From assembly GCA_002633005.1 (NCBI GenBank), contig NMRA01000216.1, forward strand, positions 115,499 through 179,498: a stretch of 64,000 bases of DNA, given 5' to 3'. The stretch comes from Phoronis australis (Eukaryota > Animalia > Phoronida). A program made the translations under genes and the position numbers. Below the pieces are notes generated by a model. That model saw nothing but the letters and a program-made list of their open reading frames with translations. It was not told the DNA's origin and did no database searches. Positions 25,391-38,499 of this stretch are shown here, one piece after another; within the stretch, counting starts at the first letter, position 1; each line of letters opens with the position of its first letter.

Positions 25391-27204
25391 GAATAAATGG
25401 CTGCGTAATAAAGTGGTAGTCACTCCGTTCTGAATGACAACGACGAGTTTTGTAGTAAAATCACAAAAACTCGACGGATTATGTTACTTTACAGCTATGG
25501 TCAACGTTAATAACTTCAAAGAGTCTACCAATCTAGCAAAATCAGAAATGACCTTTATATTATGTCACCGTTGTCGCAATCCCCGCATCATTCTACGCCA
25601 CAGTCGCAGGAAATGGGAGTAAGGTAGCGCGAGTGCCAGGTCCTAAATGGTTACCGCATCAACATAAATGAGATGCTTTGTGTGAAGGCTTCTATAAAAA
25701 GACCATTTTCATTCGTCGTTCATCTCTCTCTTAGCCAACAATTCTAAAGATTTCAAACATCTGCATTTTCTTTCACTCTGAATGTCTCATATTTTGCATG
25801 GACTGCAATTTGGAGGTGGAAACAATTTACAAACACTCCCTGGTGATGAATTAGTCATGTGCCGTTCTCGGCGGTTTATTACTTATCCCAATTAGCTATA
25901 CCTGATATAGCTCATTGCTTGTCCTGATTGTTTGCAAGAACAAAAGTGTGAACGTCAAAGCACTGTTAATTAGTCGCTGCCAACGCACTCAGTGTAAGTG
26001 CATGAAAAGCAAGAATTTTTCTCATAAAACGAGCCATGCCATCTGAGACAATTAAGTATTAGAAATGGCTTTCCCTCGAAATGACAAGATCTAATATTGG
26101 AACTTTTTGTAAATGCACCTCAAGAAAATGCGTACTACATCATCGACCGAATTTCTGAGTCGTTTTACTTACCGACTTCATCCCTGATTTTGAAAATGCA
26201 ACTCTCCAAAGAACACATTAGAGGGGTTACGATGCCGTAGAAATGGCTTCTCTTACGTATGAAGATTGATTGCAGTTTCTGGTATAAGCATCCACCGTTC
26301 CCATGATTTGAGAAAAGCATTTACAGACCTTGCTACACCAAGAAATGGGCTAGGCTAGGTGCTTCCCCTAGCGCGGTTTTTTAGGACATCAAAGGGATTC
26401 TGGCGACAAGACGGTACGCCTCAGCCAAGCACCAAGTCTATTTATAAAGACATGTCCTAGTTATTTGAGCGTGTAAACCTTTGTTGGAAAGGAGAGTGAC
26501 TGCAATAATTTCCACCAGAGTAGGTTTGTCGTATTAGAGACACAAAGGGTATGGTAATGCACTGGTTGCAGATGAGTGAAGTGTAATCACTACACGCAGC
26601 TGATGCCATGTCCAAAAAGCACCCCTACCAACATTTGTGACCTGTGTGTACATGCAACTGTCGTACTAGGTTTCAATTACATTACCAGTACAAAGTTTCT
26701 ATGAAGAATGCATTTTCTTTTAATTTCGTTATTTCTCTACAAGCTATGCATATTGCTTCTCTTTAGCAACGCATAATTGTAACAAAGTTTCATGATATAA
26801 CTACGGGTGCTGTAAGTGAATATTAACACTGATCAAACGCAGACACCCAAAAATGTAGCCCTGCAATTTTCTTAGTCATTTAATTTTTAGAGTTAACTGT
26901 TAATAGGTATTTAAAAATAACTATAAAAAGGTGTTGAAATAAGGATTGTCACCTATCGGCGGCCTGGTTATATTTGGGGACCTAGCTTTCGGGCCAATCA
27001 TTTGGCAAATCCACGCTAATAGAATTTCTACGCAAGTGGACGAGAAAGTGTGCACTGTTCACCCCAGAGTATCCAACGAATTTCTCCGCACATTAAAGGT
27101 TTGATGGCGCCGTCACAGATTGAAGTAAGCTGAACGCACGCAGGCCAACTTGAATGTGTATTCCCCTAAGCCCAATACACATTGGGCTTGGGAGGGGGTG
27201 GATA

Positions 27205-27848
27205 TTGATGGAGATAATTGCGGCCGTAAACAACGCGCATGTTAAAAGGATACCAAACCCGGCTTTGGCCTATTAATTAACACGCACAGACAACGACTTT
27301 ACCATCCAGCTCTCTGACACAAAATAATGCTCTGTAACCCTCGACAAACCTCAACAGTTTGGAGGAAAATTTGAAAACTTTCGAAGTCTAGTAAACGGGC
27401 TAGCGCGACCTACGCTTTTACCGAAGTATACGGCAACTGTGGGAAAAGGCCACCCTCCAAGGACCATAATATCCAATTTGTGAGATAGGGAGTATGACCT
27501 TTTAGTTGATTCCTGCGTTTATCTTTCAAGATTGACGCTAGTGATGTATTATCAGGTGACAGAACGAGGACTGGTTGAAATCATCAAAAGAGGGTTTAGT
27601 AGTCTTTTAAGCTTAAGAGTTTCAAAGTCAAAAAACGAACTGTAATTAAGGCAAACGACCAACATGGCTGCTTTTAAAATTGAAAAGTAAATATTGTCCG
27701 TCTTCGATTTTTTAAAATCGATGCATTATAAGAGAAATTAGCGAATGGGATTTCTTCAGCTACGCGCGTTAATTTGTGAACCGGTTAGGACGGGTGAGTC
27801 TCAATCTGGCTCTATAAGCTCCCTTTGACGTTGGAGTAACAAAACCCC
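27205..27848 (+). repeat. Longer copy of the 16705-16995 interspersed repeat
   Basis: Same blocks as 16705-16995, with ~350-380 bp of extra internal sequence. Confidence 0.7.
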
Positions 27849-27979
27849 AAAAGTTAACATAGTAGTTGCCTCATGTCTTGGGGTTTTCGTCGGGTCACTG
27901 GCGGGGCTCTCCGTGTCATGTGGCCATCTGTGGGAGACACCTGACTACCGTTAATTGCTGTCACTTGTCACATCACAGT

Positions 27980-28705
27980 ATTGAGGTGTCTAGGGGGCAC
28001 AGAACAATTCTCACAGGGTTTTGCCTATCAGAACACACGTCAATGGACTCTTCACCCTTTCTTCACTCTGTCAAAATCTGTATGCAAAGAAAGAAAAGTT
28101 TTGAGTCATTTCGCATCACAGGCCCTACAGATGAGCTCAGAAACTTTATTCTCTCTTGTATTTTTGACCCTTTCACTCTCAGTGAAATCCAAGCTAGACT
28201 AAGAAAAATAGGGGCAAAAAAACCCGCAAGTTCGGCACTTTTCACCCAAAAACCACCACTTCCCTGTCGATACTCGACTAAAGCCAACATTAGATGCCGA
28301 AAGCAAATTTCCTGCCGATTCTAAAAATTTGGTTCAAAAGTACTGTCAACAAACCATAGGCGGCGAACCATAGGGGGCCATAGCCCCCCATTTTTTCAGT
28401 GGTACGCCGCACGCGGTTTATAGGCGGTGCACCCCACGGGGGATGAGGGGGATTTAGCAACCAAATTTTTTAGTGCTGCGCCGCCCATGCTAACTTGTTT
28501 TTTTGCAAATCTGACTTGTTTGAGGGCCACCTGAAATCGCGGCCAATTTCTCAGTTGCTAAACAGAAATCCTTAACTACAACAGAGGGCCACCATATTGA
28601 AGAAGAGTTCAGCTACAGCCGAGCAAGTGGTCTTTTTTCATTCTCAGCATGTTCACATATACAAACAAACCACATTAATTTGGCCTACATACAATACCTA
28701 ACTAA
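27980..28705 (+). repeat. Interspersed repeat; inverted copy at 38500-39090
   Basis: Aligns by eye with the reverse complement of 38500-39090 (e.g. gaacacac.tcaatggact, agaaactttattct.tcttg.atttt, gccgagcaagtg). Interrupted by a mini-element at 28355-28489. Confidence 0.85.
28355..28489. mobile_element. Dimeric CAT...ATG mini-element with imperfect 5-bp TSD
   Basis: caaac|CATAGGCGGCG ... GCGCCGCCCATG|ctaac, made of two ~65-70 bp units. Absent at the matching position of the 38500-39090 copy. Confidence 0.65.
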
Positions 28706-28819
28706 CAATTCCACAAAGTCTGGCCTACCCTAGATTTTAATATTTTGGCAGCACCCTAACTGTTCAGTGCCACCTTTATACACCAGATGGTGTTTGACGA
28801 CCGCCAAGCACCGCCCACA

Positions 28820-29473
28820 GGTGGCCACGTGACAAGGAGATTCGCGCCAATGCTCCGACGAAGAACCCAAGATGTGTCAGAAAGCTAGGTTCTCACATAT
28901 AACCAGGCAGCTGATACAATACAATGTAACGGCGCCAGCTATGGACATTCATTCCACTATAAAAGGATGGTTTCGAATTGTGTGAATTGAGACCTTCTAA
29001 CAAAATTTTTATGGCAGCCTGATCGGGCTCCGAGCCACTGGCCAGGATAACAGGCGTTTTGTGTGATTAGAACTCAAAAAATCTAAACAATACAAATCTA
29101 AGTTTTCTTGTCTGTATCTCACGGAAAAATACTTCGAATTTATCTCCGAACAGACCCCGAACTACTGCTAAGGACCTTTGCCTGCCGAACTCTGTAAGCT
29201 ACGGCCGGGTGTGTCCAATTTTTAAGGGTTTTACGTCGAACTTTGATGATTTATTGGTGTTAAACGATGAATTCAAGCGATAAGCTGACACCAGTAACCC
29301 GTGTTGTGAACTTCTGAACAGACTGCGTGTGAAACATATTACGTCACTGCATAATTTCAGCACCTCCGTCTGCCGTCAGGTGTCAGGTAACGCAACCGTA
29401 CGTGCCGTTTTTGAGTAGAACTACTCGATCTAAATTGATACAAAATAGGTTGTTTTTTGGGTGGCATGCTCCT
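28820..29473 (-). mobile_element. Truncated inverted second copy of the 18583-20254 Kolobok-like element
   Basis: 29010-29473 is the reverse complement of ~18583-19170 (e.g. tcaagcgataagctgacaccagtaa; gtcaggtgtcaggtaacgcaaccgtacgtg). Ends in the TIR GGGTGGCATGCTCCT. Confidence 0.88.
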
Positions 29474-30284
29474 TAAAGGGCTCCTACGAAACGTTGTAAG
29501 CTTCAAAAGGCGACTATAAGCTGCTGTCTGTCCAAAACAATAAATTGATTTTTGATTTAGGCTGCTTACTCTTATAAAACTGGTCTCATCGTGTCTCTTA
29601 CTCAAATTTGAATGTTGACCTGGACAATATGATCGGTGGTTCGTGATTGCTTGAGGCCTAGGGTCCGTTTCTTCAAAGTGACTTATAAGACAGAAATTCG
29701 GTCTTATACCCCACACTTCACAATTGTTGGATAAAAATTTAGCCAAGTAATTAAGAATTCAGAATTTTTAAATTATCTTAGTGCCTAACAATTATGTTAT
29801 ATTCTCAGAGACTTCGTGCTTATGCTTGAGACTTATTTTTTATAGTTGTATGGAGCGTAAGACTAAATTTCTGACTTAAATTATAGTCACTTTTTATGAG
29901 GCGCGACCCAGGTTTATTGAGTTGAATTAACACTTCCGGTCAATTATGTGTCAAACATAGTGTCAAGAACTAACAGTTCTTCCCAAAGCTAACCATTAAA
30001 CAGTCTGATGTCCGTCTGTGTTGAGGCCAAAATTTAGCGGCAAGTGGTCCAAATCAAAAATTAATTTTTTAGGTACTGGTTTATAACAGCTTCAACATAT
30101 GAGGCATAATTACTAGTTATATCTTCGCAGTTTTACATTTAAGCTGAACTGGTCTACTATGGGGCTTTGTTTCGTGTTGTTTTACCTATAACATGATTGG
30201 TGTTTAAGCATCCACCCGTTAGGATTCTAAAGCCTGAAATTTCTGAAATTCCTCCAACGTTTGTTGCAGTCAGTGCTTGGCTGG

Positions 30285-30400
30285 GCATAAAGGGATCTTA
30301 CCGGCGAGAAAAGGTATTTTTTTTAAATTTGATCTCAGCACGGAAACTAACCTGGAGCCACCGAGGTATCAGAGTACGTATTTTAACCGTATTCAACTGG
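30285..30400 (-). mobile_element. Degenerate SINE head, same family as 25270-25390
   Basis: The minus strand reads ggtggctccaggttagtttccgtgctgagatcaaat, with an eroded B box. Confidence 0.45.
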
Positions 30401-33256
30401 TGAAGTGGTCGGCCTTGTATTCACCGATTTTTTCATTCCAAAGCTGTGGTCAAAGACTATAACTTCAAGAACTCTGTCCCATCCAATAACAACCTCAACA
30501 TTTCTTTCCAACGTTAAGCTCAAAATGTACATTTAAGCCGGGAAGTCAGATTTGGCGCTGTTCAGAGGCCTGCAGCACACGTAGTTATAATGAATAAAGT
30601 TTACTATAAAAGGCGAAATGTGCAATCACGTTTATTGTTTCCTAAATATCCCAACTTATGATTTTGAAATATCACGTTAAGCTTAATAATATGTTGTGTA
30701 TCGTCAAAGATAAATAAATTAAAATGTGTAACTTTTCTACACCAATAAAACTGCATTTTGCACTGCTTTGCTGGCGTAAACTTTTACACATATGAAATCG
30801 GTCTCATGGTAATCTTCACCATGATAGAGTTCCATTGCCGTCGTTTCCAATTTCCAATTTTCCAGTTCGAAGATGGAGCATGTAACGCAATGTCAGTAAC
30901 TCGAGTTGGTGACGGAAATTCCTTCACACAGTAAGGATGACCACGTGACCCATTTTAGCAGAGTAAAAGCTCTAATTTGATTGTGTTTTGCCCGCTTATT
31001 GAACAGACAGCTTAGACTCTGGTCATTGTTCATATACATTGATGAGACGAATAGAAATCACACTGAAGTCACAAGTTTGCATGATTACACTAAAACGCGA
31101 CACATAATTTCTGGCGCGTTTCAGAAAGGATGGTTATCCACGAGACGCTGGAGGCGGGAAATCTTACCCTTTAAGCATTGGAAGAGAGGCTACATACCGT
31201 TTTCGATTTCGTGAAACCGTTTAGAGGTGCTGATGTTGTAACATGATTTCTAGGATCTGATGGTCTATCCGCACCAACATTTATCTTATTTGCATTGACT
31301 AGAGGCTGGGGCAAATAGACCGACATATTTTGGAAATGGTGTGATAACGTTTTATTTAATCGACTTTAGTTTCGCATCCAGCCTCTATTAGCATTGGAGT
31401 CGGGTGTGCATCTCAAGAAGGAGGCCATTTTGCCAGATATTTATTACACTTACTCTACGATCTGATTTGTTAGCGTATTTGATTAATTCACATTGTCTCT
31501 GATTTTTCTCTGAAGAAAAATATTTATTCAATTGTTGACCCTGTTCCTGTTTGGACAATTTTTATGAGATACGGAAATAGAAGTAAAGCTGTACTATAAA
31601 CCATTACAAAGTGTTATGCTTCAGATTATCAGCGGGTATGGTGATCGCAATCTCGGCGCTCATCATCTGGATTATGACTCTAGTTACGCCACATAAGGTT
31701 GTAAAAGCATGATTGTTTTGTTTATGTTCAGCTGCTGTAGATACACTGTGTGATCTCATCCTTGATTGACCAATAAAGAACCAGACGTCAGATCTCTACA
31801 CCAATGTTAACAGTGACTGGATTCGAGACTTTTAGGGTAAGGTAGGGACTAAAGGCGTCGCCACAATATAAATAAATTCAATGAAAGAAAGTACCTTACT
31901 TACAAAACTGTTCAAACCTTCAAAATGCCCGACGGAAAATTTTAGGAAGATTGGCGGAAGGAACCGACAACGAACGTTTAACAACAAATTTAAACCGACA
32001 GAAACATCTGCAATACCTGTGTTATTTTCGTAGCCTCAAATTTCGCTTCGGGCGTGTTTCATGTCTGCTCATATGCGAATTTCAATTCCTTTTTCTGTTG
32101 TGATTGAAGTTCGCACATGCGCAGATATGAAACACCTCCGAGGGGAAATTTGAGGGTAGTGCCACCGATGTGTTCCGGATGCAACTGATAAACCAACTTC
32201 AGCGTATTCTAACGAACAGTAAACCAAAAATTTCTTGACGTTCGCTCGCCGCATACGCCCCAAACTATTTGGTTGTAGTGTGAAGGCGCCGTTACTCGCG
32301 AAGTATTATTAAGATCTTCAGTAATCAAGGGGGGTCTTCCGTAACCTCACCCCATCTCTTAATCTCTCTCTTCCTCTCCCCCTCTGACGTTGAGACAAAA
32401 ACAAACATGGGAATGCAACATTTATCAGTTCACTGGCCTTTACTCTGCGATGAGCATATTTTACTCAGATAATGCAGTCTGTCAATCCAAACTATTCAGG
32501 TCTAAAGTTCGAGAAATGAACGTCCAACGAATCATATGAATAGATTTCCACGACAGTGCGTTGTATTGAACGTTTCGCAGGACACCAGGAAGCCCGGGTA
32601 AGATGATGCTGTGTGATTCCCTCTCAAATCCTCACTCGAACTTAGTTTACATAATGTGACGTATGTAGCTTGGAATGTGACATCATTCTTCCTCTCATAA
32701 ACATCGGTACTCGCTCTTAGTCCTGATTGGTCCGTACACTCCGGAGTGGACAGTCATTTCTCTTTGACATGACGTACCTTCGGGGCAGGTACAACTAGAA
32801 ATACACGAAATGAAAATTTTGATTCAAGTTTGTTTAAAGCTGCATTTTGCTCTGATTTAGCTAGCTAAGATCGAAAATCGAATTAGGACTTTCATTATCA
32901 TACCAGCGGTCTCTTAGCATTCCATTACAATCTTCCGTAGAGAAATTCGCTATTTAGGTCAACAAATTTTAAGAGGCATTGTCATTGTTTAACCTTGATA
33001 AAAAGTGCCTGATTGTCAGACGCACTTCTTTTAATACCTGTTGCACAAGATGACGCAGTCTGCTTCTGAATTCCTTGGACAAAGCTGCCATGCGCACTGC
33101 GTGCTTTGACTGCAGAGTTTTCCTCCGTATAACGTCCTTCCGAGAGCCTGCGCCTCTTCATTTCTTTCAAGACACGTCTTTCTTTCAAAAACTGGGAACT
33201 GAAAAATATTCTTAAGTGTTACATGTTGAACAAGCGTTATTGACAAGTGAAAGCGT

Positions 33257-33365
33257 AGAGAGAGAGAGGGGGGAAAGGAAAGGGAGGGAGGGAGGGAGGG
33301 AGGGAGGGAGGAAGGGAGGGAGGGGGCGAGAGAGGGACGGAGGGAGAGAGGGAGAGAGAGAAAAA
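33257..33365. repeat. Polypurine (GA)n/(GGGA)n tract
   Basis: Almost pure G/A run with many GGGA units. Confidence 0.95.
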
Positions 33366-33404
33366 CCATGTGCGATTGCTATAGTTTGCTCTTCTACACG
33401 TTCA

Positions 33405-33472
33405 CATGGGCGGCTCAGCACCGAAAAAAGTGGGGCTATAGCTCCCCTACCCCTTGTGGTGCTCCGCACAAG
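33405..33472. mobile_element. 68-bp CAT-terminal mini-element with imperfect 5-bp TSD
   Basis: gttca|CATGGGCGGCTCAGCAC ... GTGCTCCGCACAAG|attca. Matches the reverse complement of the second unit at 28419-28489. Confidence 0.6.
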
Positions 33473-35276
33473 ATTCAAAGCACCTGACCTTCTCTTTCCG
33501 TGCATGGTTCAGCGCATTGTTCTCTCGCGCACGCTATATCCTCTCGAGGACGCATGTTTTCTTCTACCGGACCACTTTTCGCGTCTCACGGTTATATCTC
33601 TTTGTTCATACGGTCCAAACCTGCTCTCGCACATTATTCCTAGCATGCAGACTCTATGTTATACCTCCCTACTTCATTTCCTTCACTGTTACCACTTCGC
33701 ATGGCATAATTGAAATTCTGTACTTACAAATCAACTCTAAAAGGTCCGTTTTTTAAACACATTCCCGCTAATTTTAGATAATTCCTTTTCAACAGAATCA
33801 TTTCACAACTTTTGCTTTTAAACCATTAAACTAGAAACAAATTCAAATATTCTTATATTAATAGGGTATTTAGTGAAAGTGCTACTGGATTCATTTTATG
33901 CTGAATAATGCAATACTTTATGCAAGGGAATTTAAGTGTATGTCACTCACGGTTGTTAGTGAGAGAAATATTATTTTTGACTGATTTTACGATATTCAAA
34001 TAATTTATTGAAAAAACTAAATGGTGACCAAAATAGTCCAGTAACTCAATTGTTTTTCCTTTAGCGGGGAAGTGGCACCGCGTGCTTGGAATGTTGTGCA
34101 GGGGAAGGATTGGTTGGTTCGTGGGTAATGAAATGTCTGTGAGACCGCAAAAATGGTCCGGGAGGTGGAATATGTGCGTCTGTGAGAGGAGAATAGCGTG
34201 CGCGAGAATTGTTTTTGCGCGGGAAAGAATGTGCTGTGTCTAATGCGATCCTTAATTTAGATAATATTGCCGCATTATGGTTTATCACGCAAGCTACACG
34301 TTTATGACTCTTGCGGACTGATTGCGTTTTTGTTAAAGTACTTAGTCCATGAATTGTAATATTAGTCGCGTGCAAGTAATATTCATTTCCGTGTGGCGAT
34401 CGTTAGATATAATTGTTCCCAAAACACTATAAACACACTAAATATGCGTGATTAAGACCTGCATCAAATAATTGAAGTCTTTACAGTCTGAATCCAGAAT
34501 GCACTTCCAGAAGAGTATTAAGGGAGGTAAAAAAATGGGCAAAAGAAGAAAAATCGAGCACCGCAGCTTCAAATAGAAAACACAGAAAACATTATAGAAG
34601 CCGCATCGACAGTGAAATGTATAAAATTGAGAGAGACAAATTTGTTTCCCGGTATACTAGATAGAATATTCAATTGCCCAATGTAAAGTCACACAACGTT
34701 TCCATAATGAGTACCGTGGCATCATGACATGCGAGCCAAAGAACGAATAGCAATGGCCGGAGTAAGAAGAAAGAAAGACTGACAAACTTGATGACAAGTA
34801 TTTGTGACCGCACAATACCCGCCAATTATGACAAAACTGTCGATAATTTTGTGATCATTTCTTTTAAAGATCGTGAAAAGCATGTAATTTTCCTGTGGCA
34901 ATATTTGTGTAGATTAGAGTTACAGACGGGATTTTTTAGGATTACTCGTAAGATTTATAAACGGGTTTTATGGTCACTCCTCAAGTATCGATGGTACTAA
35001 ATTTGCCTTTTTCAATACTACTTCAACGTTAACACCTCAATAGGATAGCACCGGAATACATCATAATTCTCTTTTGCACGCTTAAATTTTGCACATTCCT
35101 TGAAAGAGGAAGCCAAACCCCGCCTCCCGTGGAGTACTTGGAGTCGCATAAGTCGTCCCAAACCAGATGCCCACAGTCCCAAACATTTGAGCATGCATTC
35201 TGAGACCACAGAAAGAGTTCTTTCTACTGAAAAGACGGATTTTAGAGGGGCATTGTGGACATTATGGTCAAATAAG

Positions 35277-35350
35277 GTGAATCCCAAAGATCAGTCTCAG
35301 AGCGGAATCGAATCTGCGACCGTCGCGGCACTGTCCAACGCTCTACGGTA
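35277..35350 (-). mobile_element. Degenerate SINE head
   Basis: The minus strand reads gtagagcgttggac...gacggtcgcaGATTCGATTCCgctctgagactgatc (tRNA-like, with B box). Confidence 0.5.
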
Positions 35351-36827
35351 ACAGTTTCCTAAATTGTGGTTTCGTTTTCGTTTCATACAACTTTTGAGAT
35401 TTCAAAAGACAAACGTCAAATTCCTATTGTTTGATAGACCTTCATGCAAAAGTGAAACAGTTTAAGACAATTCCCAGCAGCGTTTTGGTGAACCGTGCAT
35501 AAAGCTTCGTGGCTGAAAGTCTCATTTGAATTCAATTAGCCATTTCTGAGATATGACGTTAGTCAAATTTTGAATTTTTCAGAGTCCAACATAACCTTGA
35601 CCCATTTAAGTATGGTTTTTGTTGGAATCTTAAAGGCGAAGGCATGTTGACTGACTCGTAAACAACAGCAAACGACGACCGAACTTATCACAACCGAGGT
35701 AGAACAATGACTGACTCGACAGCTCTCACAGTCAGACTACATGAAAAGAAATTGGCGCGAAATTCTTGCCTCTCGAAACGTCATTTCCGGAGTAGAGAAC
35801 GAATAGTTGATTAAATTACGAAAAGATATAATTAAGTGAAAAATATGTCTGGGATAATCAACGAACCTTATTTTTGCTAAAAATGACATGAAAAAAGGGT
35901 GCCTTCTCTTTTAAGCATTGCCCTTGTATTGGTAGAAATGCTAATTTCGTTTGAATTCGATTTTTTTTTATATTCGCACTTACTCAAACATCTCATGCAA
36001 ATTAAAACACGTCACACGTCGTTTATACTTCAAATTTTCTTAATGAACACACAAAGTTCCGAAGGTCGTTTCATTACGTTTGACCATTTTAGTCCTCGTT
36101 TGTCTCTATACCGCAATTTCCGTCCGACGTCGTCGTATTCAGGTTGCGGTGTAGATGGGATGTCGAAACCGATATAAAGGACAGAAATCTGCTGTTCAAT
36201 AACGTCAGTGGGACAGGGGCTTCGCTTGTAATGCATGGTGATGACGAGCGACGGCTTGTATGATCTCATTAGACTCCCAAGATCAGACACACTCCAGGGA
36301 CTCCTGCGGGCAATGAGTCCGGGATGTGAGTTTGACTAGTGGGCCAATTAAAGTGGGTGTGCTGTAACTACAGCAAAAGGCCTCATAGAAAGAGCCCTGG
36401 CAAGACTGCTCGTGTTAAACACACTCTTTTTGTTTCATTTTAGTTAAAACTTCAACAAACAGCAAATAAACCAGCAAATTTAGCCAAAACATTTTCCAAA
36501 CCATGTTCTCTCAACATGACAACATTTCAAAAGAAAAAAAATTGAGGGGTGGCCATAATTTTCATGAAATGAAAAAAATGGCACTACAAAACGCCGCGAA
36601 CAATGACAATCCAAAACCCCATTATGTACACTACGAGGGTTGTAATATACTGTTAACTCCTTCGATATTTCAGACCCATTCTTAAAACGACAGAAATAAG
36701 TGAAAGACTCCTTTAAAAATTTTTGTGTCTCATACTTGCGTGCAAAGTGTAAGCTAAATCCAGTTGTTTTACATCTTTTAAACTTAAAAGATATTTCGTA
36801 CTTGTCCCCATCCAAGTGACCTATACA

Positions 36828-36889
<62 letters not shown>
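36828..36889. repeat. (AAT)n microsatellite, ~20 units
   Basis: Perfect trinucleotide run. Confidence 0.98.
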
Positions 36890-36891
<2 letters not shown>

Positions 36892-37632
36892 GACCAGTAT
36901 TGCCTCACCTACTCACACATATAGAGAAAGTTTGAAGTGGCCGTACAAAGTGAAAGAAAGGGCAATATCCGGGAAACAAACGCATTGGTTTTACAGATAA
37001 CGTGGGTAAAAGTCACTTAAAAACATAATGAAGCTTATATAGCGGTAATTGAATAGAGTAATTGGTGTTATTTCATAACCAACAAAACTTCATAGAAAAC
37101 CGTTAATAACATTCTACTAATACATCATTAACAAACACAGCAAGATTAGCAATCATGTTTTCATCATTAGTAATTACGTGCTACTGATTGAATTCTTGTT
37201 CAAACAAAGTATACGTCAGCAAACTGTGCACAGACAAAACGTCCGTACAACCATGCAGCTACTATTGTAATCGTAATGGCCTGTTTTTCTATACAGGCAA
37301 TTATTCACGACAGTGGCCCTCGTGGTTTATGTGGTAGACTCATTTTCGCGCTCAACCTATGGTTTTAAGCAGCACGTGCGGTTTTACGCAGCTATAAGGT
37401 TGGAATTGAGTTCCCACCATGACCCTGTCTCTCAATACATCTTAAAGAGATTTAATAGCCTTTAGTATACCTGTTGCTAAGAAACAAGCCAAAAATTAAA
37501 AAAAAAATATTTCATCTATTGTAGGAGTTGTACTTAATGGGTCGAAAACCGTCTCCGCCACTGTTGTTTTTACCAGTGCGATTCTGAGCAGTTGTGAAGA
37601 AAGTCCGCGGAGACCTGCCTTCTCCAGACATA

Positions 37633-37866
37633 TATTGGTGCGTTTGTGGAAGCTGTATTAACAGCAACTTGGCCGTGTTCAAATTTCCTAAAGACGTGAA
37701 ATTTGCACAGAAATGGCTTCAGTTTGTGCACCTTACGAAAGACAGTGCGAAATGTTAGTGTGGAGCATGCGATTCGGTCAGGAGCCACCCTTTGTCCGGC
37801 ACATTTCAAGGAATTGTGTTTCCACCAAACACAAAAGTGGCGTTATGATGAAGGACTCGCCACCTT
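37633..37866 (+). pseudogene. Frameshifted THAP zinc-finger remnant, transposon-derived
   Basis: Reads YWCVCGSCINSNLAVFKFPKDVKFAQKWLQFV, then after a frameshift ...GATLCPAHFKELCF. This is the C-x4-C...FPKD...W...C-x2-HF THAP signature, followed by a gtaagt donor. Confidence 0.8.
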
Positions 37867-38499
37867 GTAAGTGTATTTGCAAATTTATAAATAACGAACA
37901 AATTGCTTTCTCTCTAGGGCGAGTGATGCCTGGCACAGATCGTCACCGTGCTCATTCCGTCAGTGGTAATAGTGAATACGAGTGGCTCAGGTTTACTGTG
38001 GCCTTTGCCAGTGATTAGTAAGAGTCTGTTTTTAATAATAGTTCTCCAGTTTGTGCTCAAAATCGTCCTCGTCTTCTCAATGATCTGCTATGTTCCGCCA
38101 TTGCAATTGATTGTCAAGTGACTAAACGTCTGCCAACCATTACATCATTAGGCGGGAAACTTGGAAATAACAATTTTTTTTCGAAATTAAAAAATCGCCA
38201 TTATTTGGCATAAAAGTGTTAGATTTCATGGTAGCTAACTGAAACCTCAAAAACTAAGTAAATGCGTTGCGGGAACTCTTTTAAAGTGAACTGATACGAA
38301 GCTGCGTATTTCCGATCAGACTCGAGACGAATTCGGTCCCATGACTTCAGCAGTCGCACATCGTTGTTTTATTTTTAGAGCGAAATGCCAATGTAGTCGA
38401 CCATTTTTAACGTACAGGGAGAGACTGAACAGTTAAGCTGCAGCCACAGCCAATTTGAAGTGTCACGAATTTAGATTCTAAGAGCAGGCCAGGCTTGGG

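Noticed and set aside
26040-26640. Decayed coding-like segment
   Set aside because: Stops in all frames examined and no motif I could recognise.
33031-33756. Overlapping 97-165 aa ORFs
   Set aside because: Produced largely by the stop-free GA/GGGA low-complexity tract.
36480-36908. 142-aa ORF with poly-Ile resembling a signal or transmembrane segment
   Set aside because: The poly-Ile is the (AAT)n microsatellite.
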